NCBI GenBank assembly: GCA_030550585.1
Contig: JAUQPB010000001.1
Location: forward strand, 640,001-704,000
DNA: 64,000 nt
Reading direction: 5' to 3'
Origin: Thermoproteota archaeon
GTDB taxonomy: Archaea > Thermoproteota > Thermoprotei_A > Sulfolobales > Ignisphaeraceae
The translations under genes and the position numbers were made by a program. The notes under the pieces were generated by a model. That model searched no databases, had not been told where the DNA came from, and saw only the letters and a program-made list of their open reading frames with translations. This document shows positions 9,360 through 19,531 of the stretch, piece after piece; the first letter of the stretch is position 1; each line of letters opens with the position of its first letter.

Positions 9360-9884
9360 ATGTCAGAAACCGAAACTCTTATAAAATTTTTGTTGACGAG
9401 AAGAAGCATAAGAAAGTTTAAGAAGGATCCTGTCCCCCTAGATGTTGTGAAGAGGATTCTAGATATTGCTAGATACGCTCCAAGCGCTGGAAATAGACAG
9501 CCATGGATATTCATCGTCGTTTCCGATCCCGAGGTTAAGAGCAGACTTGCAAAGATCCATCGATGGGCATATCCATTAGAAGAGGCGCCAATGGGTATAG
9601 TAGTGGCATGTAACAAGGATGTTTCGCCTGATTCCTACTATGTTGACTGTGCAAATGCGACAATGTATATAATGCTAGCTGCACATGCATATGGTCTTGG
9701 AACTGTGTGGCTACAAACACTTAGAAATGTTGAAGATATTCAGAAAATACTTAACTTGCCAGCCAACTATATACCGGTTTCAATGCTTGCAATTGGATAT
9801 CCAGCAGAATCGCCATCTCCAAAGTCTAGGAAGGATCTCAAGGAGATTGCATATCTAAACTCTTTTGGAAACCCACTACAATAG
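9360..9884 (+). CDS. Nitroreductase family protein
   Basis: RRSIRKF, APSAGNRQPW, MLAAHAYGLGTVW and LAIGYP. Confidence 0.93.
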   Translation: MSETETLIKFLLTRRSIRKFKKDPVPLDVVKRILDIARYAPSAGNRQPWIFIVVSDPEVKSRLAKIHRWAYPLEEAPMGIVVACNKDVSPDSYYVDCANATMYIMLAAHAYGLGTVWLQTLRNVEDIQKILNLPANYIPVSMLAIGYPAESPSPKSRKDLKEIAYLNSFGNPLQ

Positions 9885-10775
9885 TGTTTTTAAGGCTATT
9901 TCGACTCTTTCTTCAACCTCCTTGACAAGAGGCTCTACAAAGGATAGTATACTCGGCGAATATTTCACCTTTCCCCTCAAAACCCTTAAAAGCCTAACAT
10001 TCTCGCTAGGGTCGAATGGCAAAGCCCTTATATCAGCCAGTTTTGGATGTGCAAAAAACACGTTTTCGAATACAGGTGAGGGTATTTTGCCGTCGAGCTC
10101 CCACTTCATTCCATAGGAGGAGTAAGCCTCTTCCACAACCCTTCTAGCCCTTCTCCTATAAACCTCAATATTCATCTTTTCAATAGTTCTAAACCTAGTC
10201 AAAACAGCGCCAACAAAAGGTGGTTTATCATTTGGTGGAGAGCCTCTAACATCTCTAATCAGATAGTATAGAGCTGTTAAAGCAAAGCTAGTCTTTGTTA
10301 CAGGGGATATCAGGGCATCAGCCATTTTTATCAGAGGCCCTATCAAACCATACATCTGTGGCGGAAGATCCAAGACTATGTAGTCGAATTCTGAAAGCTT
10401 CTGATCAACATCGCTTCTAAGGCTGTAGACTCTTTCGGCAGGCACTATAACATATTTAGCTAGGCCTATGTACTCGGGTTTCGACGGTATAATAGCAAGG
10501 TTGTCGCTAACCCTATAGACCACAGGCTCTCCAGACCCAGCAATCCACTCAATTGAAAACACCTTTTGCTGCATCTTGGAATATCCTAGAAGCTTCTCAA
10601 AACTTGTGGGCGGGATGAAAACCTCTGTTATATTTGCCTGGGGATCGGCATCAACAACAAGAACCTTTCTACCAAACCTCTCAGAAAGTGTTGCTGCAAC
10701 AACACTAGCGAGCGTGGTCTTCCCAACACCACCCTTGTAATTTGCTATAGCAATGACCTTTGGCACAAAAACCAC
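9876..10775 (-). CDS. parA: ParA/Soj family ATPase
   Basis: Deviant Walker A KGGVGKTT, VVDADPQAN and YIVLDLPP. Confidence 0.88.
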   Translation of the reverse strand: MVFVPKVIAIANYKGGVGKTTLASVVAATLSERFGRKVLVVDADPQANITEVFIPPTSFEKLLGYSKMQQKVFSIEWIAGSGEPVVYRVSDNLAIIPSKPEYIGLAKYVIVPAERVYSLRSDVDQKLSEFDYIVLDLPPQMYGLIGPLIKMADALISPVTKTSFALTALYYLIRDVRGSPPNDKPPFVGAVLTRFRTIEKMNIEVYRRRARRVVEEAYSSYGMKWELDGKIPSPVFENVFFAHPKLADIRALPFDPSENVRLLRVLRGKVKYSPSILSFVEPLVKEVEERVEIALKTLL

Positions 10776-10823
10776 TCAACACAAATTAACCACCCCTTAG
10801 AAGATTATTAAACTTTTATCAAG

Positions 10824-11078
10824 TTAAACCTTAACAGCGTTTCTACCCACTCTTCTCACTAGAGCTGTTGCCACAATAAACAACACAAAAAATGTGCTTG
10901 CCATAGAGATGAGGAGGAGATATGCTAGCGCTTTTTCCATGGGCTCTGAATACAGGAAATTGATAAGAATGCTTGGTAGGGAAGCTTTCACTGTACCAAG
11001 TTTTGCTATGGTGATTATTGGAGAGGCGATAGCTGACGAATATGCGGCAAAATCTTTTAGTCTGTGAATAGATTTCAT
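10824..11078 (-). CDS. Small membrane protein
   Basis: 84 aa with two hydrophobic segments and a basic C-terminus. Confidence 0.5.
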   Translation of the reverse strand: MKSIHRLKDFAAYSSAIASPIITIAKLGTVKASLPSILINFLYSEPMEKALAYLLLISMASTFFVLFIVATALVRRVGRNAVKV

Positions 11079-11220
11079 AGTGCTTCACAGTCAACATCTA
11101 ATCGAGTATATTACCTTATAATCACTTGCACACATAGATTCTCTTACTAGATACTTCGATTATATATTTCGATTAAAGCTTAATAGATAACAAGGCTAAA
11201 ACAGATGGGGTGCACAAGGT

Positions 11221-11994
11221 TTGGCAGGCATCGGAATAAAGGATGTTATTAGAGCAGTTGTCTACACTATAACAACCTTTGTAGCCACAGTCCTGCTAAC
11301 TGTAGAAACCCCCGCAACGGGTGGCTACTTCAACTTAGGTGAAGCAGCCATATATACAATAGCATTTATAGCGCCACCACTTGTCACAGCAATATCCTCT
11401 GGCCTGGGACCCGCACTAGCAGATTTGGCTCTTGGCTACTGGTACTTCGCACCAGCAACATTTGTCATAAAGTTCTCAGAGGGGTTCGTCGTTTCAAAGC
11501 TTTTGAATTGGCTTCGCTCAAAGCGGCATAAAGAAGCTGTTCTCAACATCATTAGAGCTCTTGCAATTGTTCTTGCAACTGCCCTAACAGTTATTGTTAT
11601 TGTTGCAGAAGCGTCCCCTGGTGGTGGTGCAGGGGTAGAGTTTTCATGGACTCCAACAACATTCTTAGGACTTTCTATACCGATACCAAACCTCAAGATA
11701 GTTTTACCGTCTCTTGCATGGATAGTTATAGCTGTGGTGTTTATAATAGTTGCAGTACTATCCATAGCCATATGGGGAAAACCATATGTTCTATCAATGG
11801 CTGTTGGCGGGTTGATAATGGTGACAGGGTATTTCCTATACGAATACTTTGTCTCAAATCCGATCATACTTCACAGAGAGGCCCAAGCCGCGATATTTGA
11901 GATACCTGTTAACATAGGGCAGTTTGTAGCTGGCATAATATTGGCCTACCCATTGGTGCAATTTATTGAGAGAGCTAAAGGCTCTAGAGGTTAG
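11221..11994 (+). CDS. ECF transporter S component
   Basis: PATGGYFNLGEA, GLGPALADLALGYWYFAPATFVIK and PVNIGQ. Confidence 0.88.
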   Translation: MAGIGIKDVIRAVVYTITTFVATVLLTVETPATGGYFNLGEAAIYTIAFIAPPLVTAISSGLGPALADLALGYWYFAPATFVIKFSEGFVVSKLLNWLRSKRHKEAVLNIIRALAIVLATALTVIVIVAEASPGGGAGVEFSWTPTTFLGLSIPIPNLKIVLPSLAWIVIAVVFIIVAVLSIAIWGKPYVLSMAVGGLIMVTGYFLYEYFVSNPIILHREAQAAIFEIPVNIGQFVAGIILAYPLVQFIERAKGSRG

Positions 11995-13255
11995 AAACCT
12001 CTCTGTATACTCCTCTACAAAAGAAATTTTAAGAAATGTAAATTTCTCTCTTGGCAGTGGAGAAATACTGTTAGTTACCGGTAGATCTGGATCTGGGAAA
12101 ACAACTCTTTTGAGGAGCTTAATAGGCATTGCAAGAGAGCTCTATGGACTGTCTTTATCCGGATCTGTATCTGTCTACGGAAATAAGATCTCCAATTCCT
12201 ACGAGACCTCAAAATATTTTTACTATGTACCTCAAGAGCCTTGGTACTCAATATCGTTTCCCTATCCAGCTATGGATATACTCTTTAAGAGTATAGATGT
12301 GGATGCTAAAGCTGTTGAGGAGATGGCTAAGAGGCTTGGCGTTGGCCACAAGCTCTTTGACTCATCAATAAATTTGAGTGCTGGCGAGGCTCAGAGAATA
12401 GCCTTTTTAGAGGCTTTGACTTCAAATGCAAAGATAATTCTGATAGACGAAATAACCTCTTATCTAGATAGAGAATCTAGGCGCCAGGTCGTGGAGGCGG
12501 TTAAACTTGCTTCAGAGTATGGCGAAACAATAGTTGTTGTCGATCATGACATATTTTCTTGGCGCGGAATTGCAAATAAAATCCTGTATATAGAGAAAGG
12601 TATTGCAACAATGTTTGACGATCCGGTGGATACCCCAATCTATGAAGATTTCAAGGCTTTGGAATACACAATAAAAAATATTGAAAGATTTGATGCCAGC
12701 ACGGAAAAGGTTATAGAGGTCGACAACATATGGTTTAAGTATCCCGACTCTAAAGAATATATATTAAAGGGCATTTCATTTGATGTTTTCTCAGGGGACT
12801 TGGTCTGGGTTAGGGGAGGCTCTGGGAGAGGAAAATCAACATTGTTAAAAATCTTGGCAGGCATTTTAAAACCGAGTAGGGGTAGTGTAAAAAGATTTGT
12901 TAGAGGTGTTCAACTCGTTTCTGAAAATCCTCTACACTACATATCCAATCCAACAGCAGGCGATGAGATTGGGTGGAACAAGGAAATTGCAAAGATTGCT
13001 GGGTTAGAAGATGCTTTAAACACGCCAATAGCATTTCTTAGCAGCGGGGAGAGAAGGAGACTTGCAATAGCATCTGCATTCATCAGACAGCCAAAGGCTC
13101 TTCTCATAGATGAGCCGACTGTTGGTCTAGACCCTTGGAACTCTATTGCAGTAATAAAGCTTTTGACAATGCTACAGCAAAGAGGCTCTGCAATTGTTGT
13201 TGCTAGCCATGGTGAGGAGCTGGGGTATATAGCAACAAAAACTTTGGTGGTCTAG
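11966..13255 (+). CDS. ECF transporter ATPase (fused A-A')
   Basis: Two ABC cassettes: GRSGSGKT/LSAGE/LIDE and GGSGRGKS/LSSGE/LIDEPT. Confidence 0.88.
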   Translation: MRELKALEVRNLSVYSSTKEILRNVNFSLGSGEILLVTGRSGSGKTTLLRSLIGIARELYGLSLSGSVSVYGNKISNSYETSKYFYYVPQEPWYSISFPYPAMDILFKSIDVDAKAVEEMAKRLGVGHKLFDSSINLSAGEAQRIAFLEALTSNAKIILIDEITSYLDRESRRQVVEAVKLASEYGETIVVVDHDIFSWRGIANKILYIEKGIATMFDDPVDTPIYEDFKALEYTIKNIERFDASTEKVIEVDNIWFKYPDSKEYILKGISFDVFSGDLVWVRGGSGRGKSTLLKILAGILKPSRGSVKRFVRGVQLVSENPLHYISNPTAGDEIGWNKEIAKIAGLEDALNTPIAFLSSGERRRLAIASAFIRQPKALLIDEPTVGLDPWNSIAVIKLLTMLQQRGSAIVVASHGEELGYIATKTLVV

Positions 13256-13257
13256 CC

Positions 13258-13956
13258 ATGAGCATCTCAAAAGCGTTCTCGAAGCTGGTTCTCTTGGTGC
13301 TGAGATCCCTCTTCCTCTATGGTTTTACAGACGCTAGGAGAGGATCAACAATACTACACCTCGTGTTTGCAGTGCTCTCACTATACATTGTTGTGCACAG
13401 CCCATTGGCATCGATACCCATATTCTCAATGCTGATAGCATTCTATATGGTGTTTGGCATAGGGAGTTCACTACTATACTCTGCACTAGTATCCTCTATA
13501 CCTGCCACTTGGATGGGGCTCACAAACCTTCTATACACATGGATTAACAGAGGAATTATATTGCTAACACCCTTCTTAGATGTTTTTATAAGAGCTGAGA
13601 TAGGGTCTATCATAGTATTCTCGTTGATGCAGAATATCAACATAGCCGAGCTATGCTACCTATCATACAGAATATCAAAAACATTTTCGCTGGCCATCGG
13701 ATACTTCTGGAGAATATCGTCACAGATTCTAAAGGAATCTAGCGAAATGCTCTATGTACATGGGCTAAAAGGGGAGAGCTCTTGGAAAACCCTGGCAATG
13801 CTCTTTGTGAGAGGCGATGAAATTGTTGACCAATTTACAGAGGGGGTATACTTGAAACAGTTTAGCTACATGCCTAAACCGATATACAGCAGAAAAACTG
13901 TTCTTGTCCAACTACTCATGGCAATAAGTGTTCTTGTCATAGCATTCCTATTTTGA
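13258..13956 (+). CDS. Putative ECF transporter T component (divergent)
   Basis: Multi-TM protein 2 nt downstream of the ATPase; EcfT-like size and position. Confidence 0.6.
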   Translation: MSISKAFSKLVLLVLRSLFLYGFTDARRGSTILHLVFAVLSLYIVVHSPLASIPIFSMLIAFYMVFGIGSSLLYSALVSSIPATWMGLTNLLYTWINRGIILLTPFLDVFIRAEIGSIIVFSLMQNINIAELCYLSYRISKTFSLAIGYFWRISSQILKESSEMLYVHGLKGESSWKTLAMLFVRGDEIVDQFTEGVYLKQFSYMPKPIYSRKTVLVQLLMAISVLVIAFLF

Positions 13957-13974
13957 TGATGTATTTGCAATTCA

Positions 13975-16545
13975 TTACAACATATCTCTAACTATCTTTA
14001 AGCTCTTCTCATCTAAGTCACTTAGTAAAGCCTCGAAGAGATTGTCATGTCTATCCCTCATAATTATCTTATCTCTGAATATCATTATACTTCTCCTCCC
14101 ATAAGTCTCAATAGTTGTTAGACCACTATTTGTTTCCAGCTCCCACAGTAGATAATCTCCTTTGAAATCCACTCTTCTAATCCTCCTAACCTTGAAAACC
14201 TTGTTATTAAACTCGATGGCCTTTTCTAATACTTCTAAAGATTCTTTATCAAGTTTCCTATAATCATCGATTATAAGGATCTCTTTCTGATCGTCTGTGT
14301 AGAGCCCTACTACGTGTCTTGCTGTTATTGGGAATAGCAACTTGGGCGTCAAGTCTCTATATAAATTACCTTTATAAATCACATCTACCTTCGCCTTCGA
14401 CTTATTTGATGGGAGAATCTTAACTTCTTCAGCTTTAACTATGTTCATCTCCAGCGATTTCTTCTCCATCTCCTTCTTGGTCATGTCAACGAGTGTTAGA
14501 ACCTCTTTCACATCACCTCCTATTAGCTGGTCCTTAAACATGTTGTACAGTTTGGAATTCTTGTTTAGTAGCAATGTTATGGGATCTCCTTCTTCGACTA
14601 TAGAGCCATTTTCTAGCACAATAACCTTGTCTGCTAATATAACCTCAAAAACGTTGTGTGTTATGAATATGGATGTCTTATCCTTTGTCACATTCATTAT
14701 GGCCATGAATATCTCTCTCTCGTTTATAACATCAAGATTCGATGTAGCTTCGTCGAATAAGTATAGACTTGGGTTTAGCAGTATTGCTCTAGCTATTGCA
14801 AGTCTCTGTCTCTGTCCACCTGACACTTGAGAGCCTCTTTCCCCAAGTTGGGTGTCATAGGCAAATGGCATTTTAACTATTTCATCGTGTATCATCGCTA
14901 TTTTGCATGCTCTCACAATATCTACTGGGTTATACTCTTTTGCTCCATAAGCAACATTGTAGCCAACTGTTGTGTCGAAAAGAACAACTTCTTGAGGAAC
15001 ATAAGCCACTTTGCTTCTTAGACATTTTGGATCAATGTCTCTAATATCATAGTCGTTTACTATTATTCTCCCTTCTTCAGCGTCGAAGTATCTGAGCAAG
15101 AGTTTTACAATTGTTGTTTTTCCAGAGTCGCTTCTACCAACTATTGCTATTTTCTCGCCCTTTCTAATAGACAAGTTGATATCCTTTAGAACTGGCGTTC
15201 TTGGGTCATAGCCAAAAGTTACATCCTTAAACGATATACTCTCTATCCTGTCTATGCAGAGTCCTTTCCCAGTTCTTAGTGTAGGTGATAGTGATAGCAA
15301 CTCTCTTATTCTCTCTGCAGAGACAAGAGACTGTTGCATAGCTGGTATAAGGTTGCTCAAGTTGTTTACAATACCATAGAACTGAGATGCATATGATATG
15401 AAAGCTGTTATTGTTCCAAGCTCCATTCTTTTGCCAAGCACTTGTAGTCCGCCGAACCACCATATCCCAACAGTAGCAATATTTAAGACGAAGCCTAGGA
15501 GGGGCCATGTCAGATTGTTTAGCTTAGCTATTGAAACATTGCTTTCATAGACTCTGTCAAGAAGAAATCTAAATTCTTGTGCTTCATTCTCTTCTTTCAC
15601 AAAAGACTTTACGATGAGATAATTAGGAATTGTTTCATAGATTTTGGAGTAAAGCTCTGAGTTTCTACGCCAATTTGCATGCCATAGAAACCTAGATCTC
15701 TTCCTATAGTGAAGAACTAGCAGAACTATTATTGGTGTTGGCAATAGTATGAATAGAGCTAATCTAGCATCCATATAGAACATAATGCTTCCAACAGCAA
15801 CAATATTAAAGCTATTTGAAATGACTGCTGGAACAGCCCATACAAGAAGCCAGTTAAGGCTATTAACATCATTAACTATCCTTGAGGTTAATCTACCCAC
15901 ACCAATAGCCTCGATCTGCGGCAAGTCAAGGCTCATTACATGGCGGTACAAGGTCTCTGAAAGATCTACAGTAACCTTGTATCCCAGTTTGCTGAGTACG
16001 AAACCACGATAAATTGTTGTAATAGCTATGGCAACATGGGTTGCAACAAGCGTTAGTATAATCGCTATGAACAGCGCTATAGAGGGGCTTGAAGCCAGTA
16101 AAACACTGTCTATGAGGATCTTCATTAGATATGGCGGTAAAAGCCCTACGACCGTTAATAGAATCGATGTAGCTACACCTATCACCAAAGCCTTTTTATA
16201 TTTGCTTAGAATACTCCAAAGCCACTTCAAGGTTCCTACAGATGGCTTCTCAACCCTCTCCCTCTCAACAACAAACTTAGCCCCCTTGTTAAAAGAGTCT
16301 GCAAACCTCTTAAACTCCTCCTCCTTCCTCCTAGTAAAATAGGCAACATCGACCCTATCACCACCACGTGTAACAGCAACAAGCCTGCAGACACTAATGC
16401 CGCAAACAACATCAAGCCTAGCAACATCGTCAACCCTATACAAAAGATTATCTCCACGCCACACACTTAGAGAAGCACCTTCAACTTTTACAACAAGCCT
16501 AGAAAACCTCAAATCCATATCAAGATCTGTCTCAGCATAGCTCAT
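13975..16545 (-). CDS. ABC exporter (TMD+NBD) with N-terminal PH-like domain and C-terminal DUF1854-like domain
   Basis: 6-TM ABC membrane domain; GRSDSGKTT, VSGGQRQR and LFDEATS. C-terminal LLFPIT...IIDDYRKLDKES...WELETNSG...DRHDNLF resembles DUF1854. Confidence 0.85.
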   Translation of the reverse strand: MSYAETDLDMDLRFSRLVVKVEGASLSVWRGDNLLYRVDDVARLDVVCGISVCRLVAVTRGGDRVDVAYFTRRKEEEFKRFADSFNKGAKFVVERERVEKPSVGTLKWLWSILSKYKKALVIGVATSILLTVVGLLPPYLMKILIDSVLLASSPSIALFIAIILTLVATHVAIAITTIYRGFVLSKLGYKVTVDLSETLYRHVMSLDLPQIEAIGVGRLTSRIVNDVNSLNWLLVWAVPAVISNSFNIVAVGSIMFYMDARLALFILLPTPIIVLLVLHYRKRSRFLWHANWRRNSELYSKIYETIPNYLIVKSFVKEENEAQEFRFLLDRVYESNVSIAKLNNLTWPLLGFVLNIATVGIWWFGGLQVLGKRMELGTITAFISYASQFYGIVNNLSNLIPAMQQSLVSAERIRELLSLSPTLRTGKGLCIDRIESISFKDVTFGYDPRTPVLKDINLSIRKGEKIAIVGRSDSGKTTIVKLLLRYFDAEEGRIIVNDYDIRDIDPKCLRSKVAYVPQEVVLFDTTVGYNVAYGAKEYNPVDIVRACKIAMIHDEIVKMPFAYDTQLGERGSQVSGGQRQRLAIARAILLNPSLYLFDEATSNLDVINEREIFMAIMNVTKDKTSIFITHNVFEVILADKVIVLENGSIVEEGDPITLLLNKNSKLYNMFKDQLIGGDVKEVLTLVDMTKKEMEKKSLEMNIVKAEEVKILPSNKSKAKVDVIYKGNLYRDLTPKLLFPITARHVVGLYTDDQKEILIIDDYRKLDKESLEVLEKAIEFNNKVFKVRRIRRVDFKGDYLLWELETNSGLTTIETYGRRSIMIFRDKIIMRDRHDNLFEALLSDLDEKSLKIVRDML

Positions 16546-16718
16546 GCAAAGCACCTAAATACAAACATAGCACACAAAAATACAAATTTTAAAATTTGAT
16601 GGCGCCAGCAAATATAATTGCATATTCTAAGCCAAACACCTTTTTCAAATGTAAGTTGCAAAGAACTTGGATACAACTTGATCTACGCTTGCTAAACTAG
16701 GTCTTCTCTTGTGGAGAA

Positions 16719-17864
16719 CTAGTAGTAGTTTCCAAGTAGCCATTTATTTCCTATGTAAACTCTTTTTAAACTCGCTTCATGGGCTGTCTCAATTGCTTTT
16801 TTGGCATGTGATATGCTTGTTGGTGGGAGGTCTTTTAGTAGGTGGTCTGGGTGGAAGGCTAGGAATATCACAGGGGTTTCAGGGTCTATAGATGCTATAT
16901 ACTCTGCTATTCCTCTTATCTCGACCTCGTCTATGTATCCCGGAACTAGGAGAACGCTTATTACCAAGAGCGGTATCTCCCTCCTCTTCTTAGCCATTTC
17001 GCTAACAATTTTCACATTCTCTTTTATCCTATCAACAGCTTTTTTACCATCCACACCTGTAAGGGCTTGGTAGACAGATGGTGTCCACGCCTTCCAATCT
17101 ATTTTGACAATACCCCCGCTCTCAAGACTCAGCCTAGCCATTTCGCTCATTATAGACGGGTTTTCGAGCCCGTTCGTCTCCCAGCATATCCTCTTTACAG
17201 CACCTCTTCTTCTAGCCTCTTCAACAATCTTTCTAGAGACCTTTAAAGCGTATACAGTGTGGGGTCCTGGATCCCCGCCGAAGTAGCACACACATGTAAC
17301 CCTGCTTGCCATGGCCGCTTCGAATAGCTCCTCCTCAGACACTCTAAACCTCGCTCTCTGAGCACCATCCACAACAATGTTTTTATGCTCCCAATTCTGG
17401 CAAAACACGCAGTTCAAGTTGCAGCCAGCAAAGAAGACAGCTAGGTTGTAAAAGCCGTGCTCAACACCATTGCGAAGAGCGTACTTGGGGTAGCCAGCAC
17501 CCGTGTAAGCAGGGCAAACAGGTGTTGCAACACAGTTTGTTGGCAGGGGATCTAGATAGTAGTGCAGAACCCCCTTGCCAAAACCCTCGACAGGCTGTAG
17601 AAAACCGCCTTTGTTTGTCCAAACACCACAAAAGCCAACACCATTCAAAGGTATGACACATTCATTTGCACAAAAACTGCATTTAACTCCTCCAGAGCTC
17701 TTCGGAGCCTCGAGGGGGAGCCCAAGACCAATTCTATACGATTTGTGAACAGACATTGCAATGGGTAGAGCCTCCCCAGCTCTAGACCTCAAACAATCTA
17801 CGCAAACACCAATAATGCTACTAACAGTCTTAGAAGACTTTCCACAGACTCTACAAACACCCAT
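16719..17864 (-). CDS. Radical SAM protein (PFL-activase/AmmeMemoRadiSam-like)
   Basis: GCNLNCVFCQNW (CxxxCxxC), YFGGDP, WETNG, KIDWK and N-terminal CxxC pairs. Confidence 0.9.
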   Translation of the reverse strand: MGVCRVCGKSSKTVSSIIGVCVDCLRSRAGEALPIAMSVHKSYRIGLGLPLEAPKSSGGVKCSFCANECVIPLNGVGFCGVWTNKGGFLQPVEGFGKGVLHYYLDPLPTNCVATPVCPAYTGAGYPKYALRNGVEHGFYNLAVFFAGCNLNCVFCQNWEHKNIVVDGAQRARFRVSEEELFEAAMASRVTCVCYFGGDPGPHTVYALKVSRKIVEEARRRGAVKRICWETNGLENPSIMSEMARLSLESGGIVKIDWKAWTPSVYQALTGVDGKKAVDRIKENVKIVSEMAKKRREIPLLVISVLLVPGYIDEVEIRGIAEYIASIDPETPVIFLAFHPDHLLKDLPPTSISHAKKAIETAHEASLKRVYIGNKWLLGNYY

Positions 17865-18002
17865 GCCACAGACCACTGATCGATAAATAGACACTAGCTA
17901 TCCAGACTATAAAAACAGTGTTGACAGATCGAATAGCAAGCTACTGTCGCATAAAAGCAGATAAGCTTTGGGCAAGCCACAGCAATTGACTGGTGGATCG
18001 AC

Positions 18003-18569
18003 TTGGGCGAAGCAACACTATGGACACTCTTCATAACATTTTTGAAAATCGGCGCTGTTATGTTTGGCGGTGGACAGGCGATGATCCCCATTCTCAGATA
18101 CGAGGTTGTTGTACGCAACCAGTGGCTCTCCGAAGAGGAGTTCCTAGATCTTGTTGCAATAGCAGAGTCGACCCCAGGGCCAATAGCAGTTAACGCCGCT
18201 ACATATATAGGCTACAAAACTTGTGGCCCGATAGGCTCTCTCATAGCAACAATAGCTGTGATACTACCAGCCTTCCTAACAATACTCGCCATAGCCATGG
18301 CGCTACAGAGGTTTTACCAAAACTATATTGTTAGAAGCGTCTTGAACGGGATTAGAGCAGCTGTGATAGGCCTCTTCGCAGCAGCCCTACTAACAGTTGT
18401 TAGAGGCATATACAAAGGGCTACAACCAATCTCAGCAGCAACAACAACAGTGATAGCCATAGCAGTATTCATATCAATCACAATATTCGATGTAGATCCA
18501 ATAATACTCATCATCGCATCAGCAATAGCAGGCCTAGTATTGGGGCTTTTGGGTGTCTGGAATCTGTAA
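18003..18569 (+). CDS. chrA: Short-chain chromate transporter (CHR family)
   Basis: FLKIGAVMFGGGQAMI and AIAESTPGPIAVNAATYIGY. Confidence 0.92.
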   Translation: MGEATLWTLFITFLKIGAVMFGGGQAMIPILRYEVVVRNQWLSEEEFLDLVAIAESTPGPIAVNAATYIGYKTCGPIGSLIATIAVILPAFLTILAIAMALQRFYQNYIVRSVLNGIRAAVIGLFAAALLTVVRGIYKGLQPISAATTTVIAIAVFISITIFDVDPIILIIASAIAGLVLGLLGVWNL

Positions 18570-18575
18570 ATATGC

Positions 18576-18842
18576 CTATCTATGTCTAGACCTAGCCAGA
18601 TGTAGTATCAGAGCAAAGAGTATGTGAAGGCCGATAGCAAGACATGTAACGGCCAAGCCAACAAACACATAGAACAGTATATCGCTTTGAAATGTGGAGA
18701 GGTAGAGCAGTATAGTGCCTATAACGATGAAGGCTATAGACTCGAAAAATATGATAATCAGAGAGGAGTTTGAAGAAGATATGCCAGAAGAGGTGTTTGA
18801 AGACAAAAAAATATTTTTGTTTTTGGGTTTCAAGCTAACCAC
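18576..18842 (-). CDS. Small 2-TM membrane protein downstream of archaellin
   Basis: Two clear hydrophobic helices, 20 nt after the arlB stop on the same strand. Confidence 0.55.
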   Translation of the reverse strand: MVSLKPKNKNIFLSSNTSSGISSSNSSLIIIFFESIAFIVIGTILLYLSTFQSDILFYVFVGLAVTCLAIGLHILFALILHLARSRHR

Positions 18843-18862
18843 GTTGACAGTCTTTCCTAAGG

Positions 18863-19531
18863 CTAGCCAAGATCTATAACACTATACGCTAAAGACGCTG
18901 GAACAGTCCTCTCAACAGTTAAAGCAGCACCAATCGGAGGCTTAATCTCAACCTTAAAGACATCATATGGCTTAAGACCAGCTGCAGTTGGTGCACTAAG
19001 AGCTGTTGCTAGTGTTGGGAAGTGAATTACAACCAAAACCTTTTCGCCAGGCTGCAACACAGTATCTCCGTTGTTTCCGGGTCCCCAGACTACTATAACA
19101 CCATTGCTTGCTCCGCTTGCATGATTACATAGGGTGTTTATATCATAACCCTCCACACTAGTTACTGCTTGATTCTTATCGCTATAGAGGTTTGTGCCAG
19201 CCATCTTGTTTATTACCCATACTGCTATGTCTGCTTTTCCTGGTGTTAAATCGACGTCTTTTTGTCCTGCTGATAGTCTAACTGGTATTATGACACATGT
19301 CACTTCTTGGTTAGTTGTATCTACCTTTGCTAGTACTGTTCCGTCTACTTCTAGTGAGCTGCTTGCTTGTGCTAGGCCCTGGGCCATAACCTCTTTGCTT
19401 CTCTGCGTTGTGTAAAAGCCCATGTTTAGTGCTACAAAGGCTAGTGCAGCAGCCACTACAACAAATGCTATTAGCACTATAGCAGCCTCAATACCCACAA
19501 TACCCCTCAACAGTCTCGTTCTCATTTTCAT
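18863..19531 (-). CDS. flaB: Archaellin
   Basis: Class III signal peptide LLRG|IVGIEAAIVLIAFVVVAAALAFVALNMG and C-terminal EIKPPIGAALTVERTVP. Confidence 0.95.
   Translation of the reverse strand: MKMRTRLLRGIVGIEAAIVLIAFVVVAAALAFVALNMGFYTTQRSKEVMAQGLAQASSSLEVDGTVLAKVDTTNQEVTCVIIPVRLSAGQKDVDLTPGKADIAVWVINKMAGTNLYSDKNQAVTSVEGYDINTLCNHASGASNGVIVVWGPGNNGDTVLQPGEKVLVVIHFPTLATALSAPTAAGLKPYDVFKVEIKPPIGAALTVERTVPASLAYSVIDLG

Noticed and set aside
16704-16718. TTCTC-N5-GAGAA hairpin after the radical SAM stop
   Set aside because: A 5-bp stem is too short to call a terminator.
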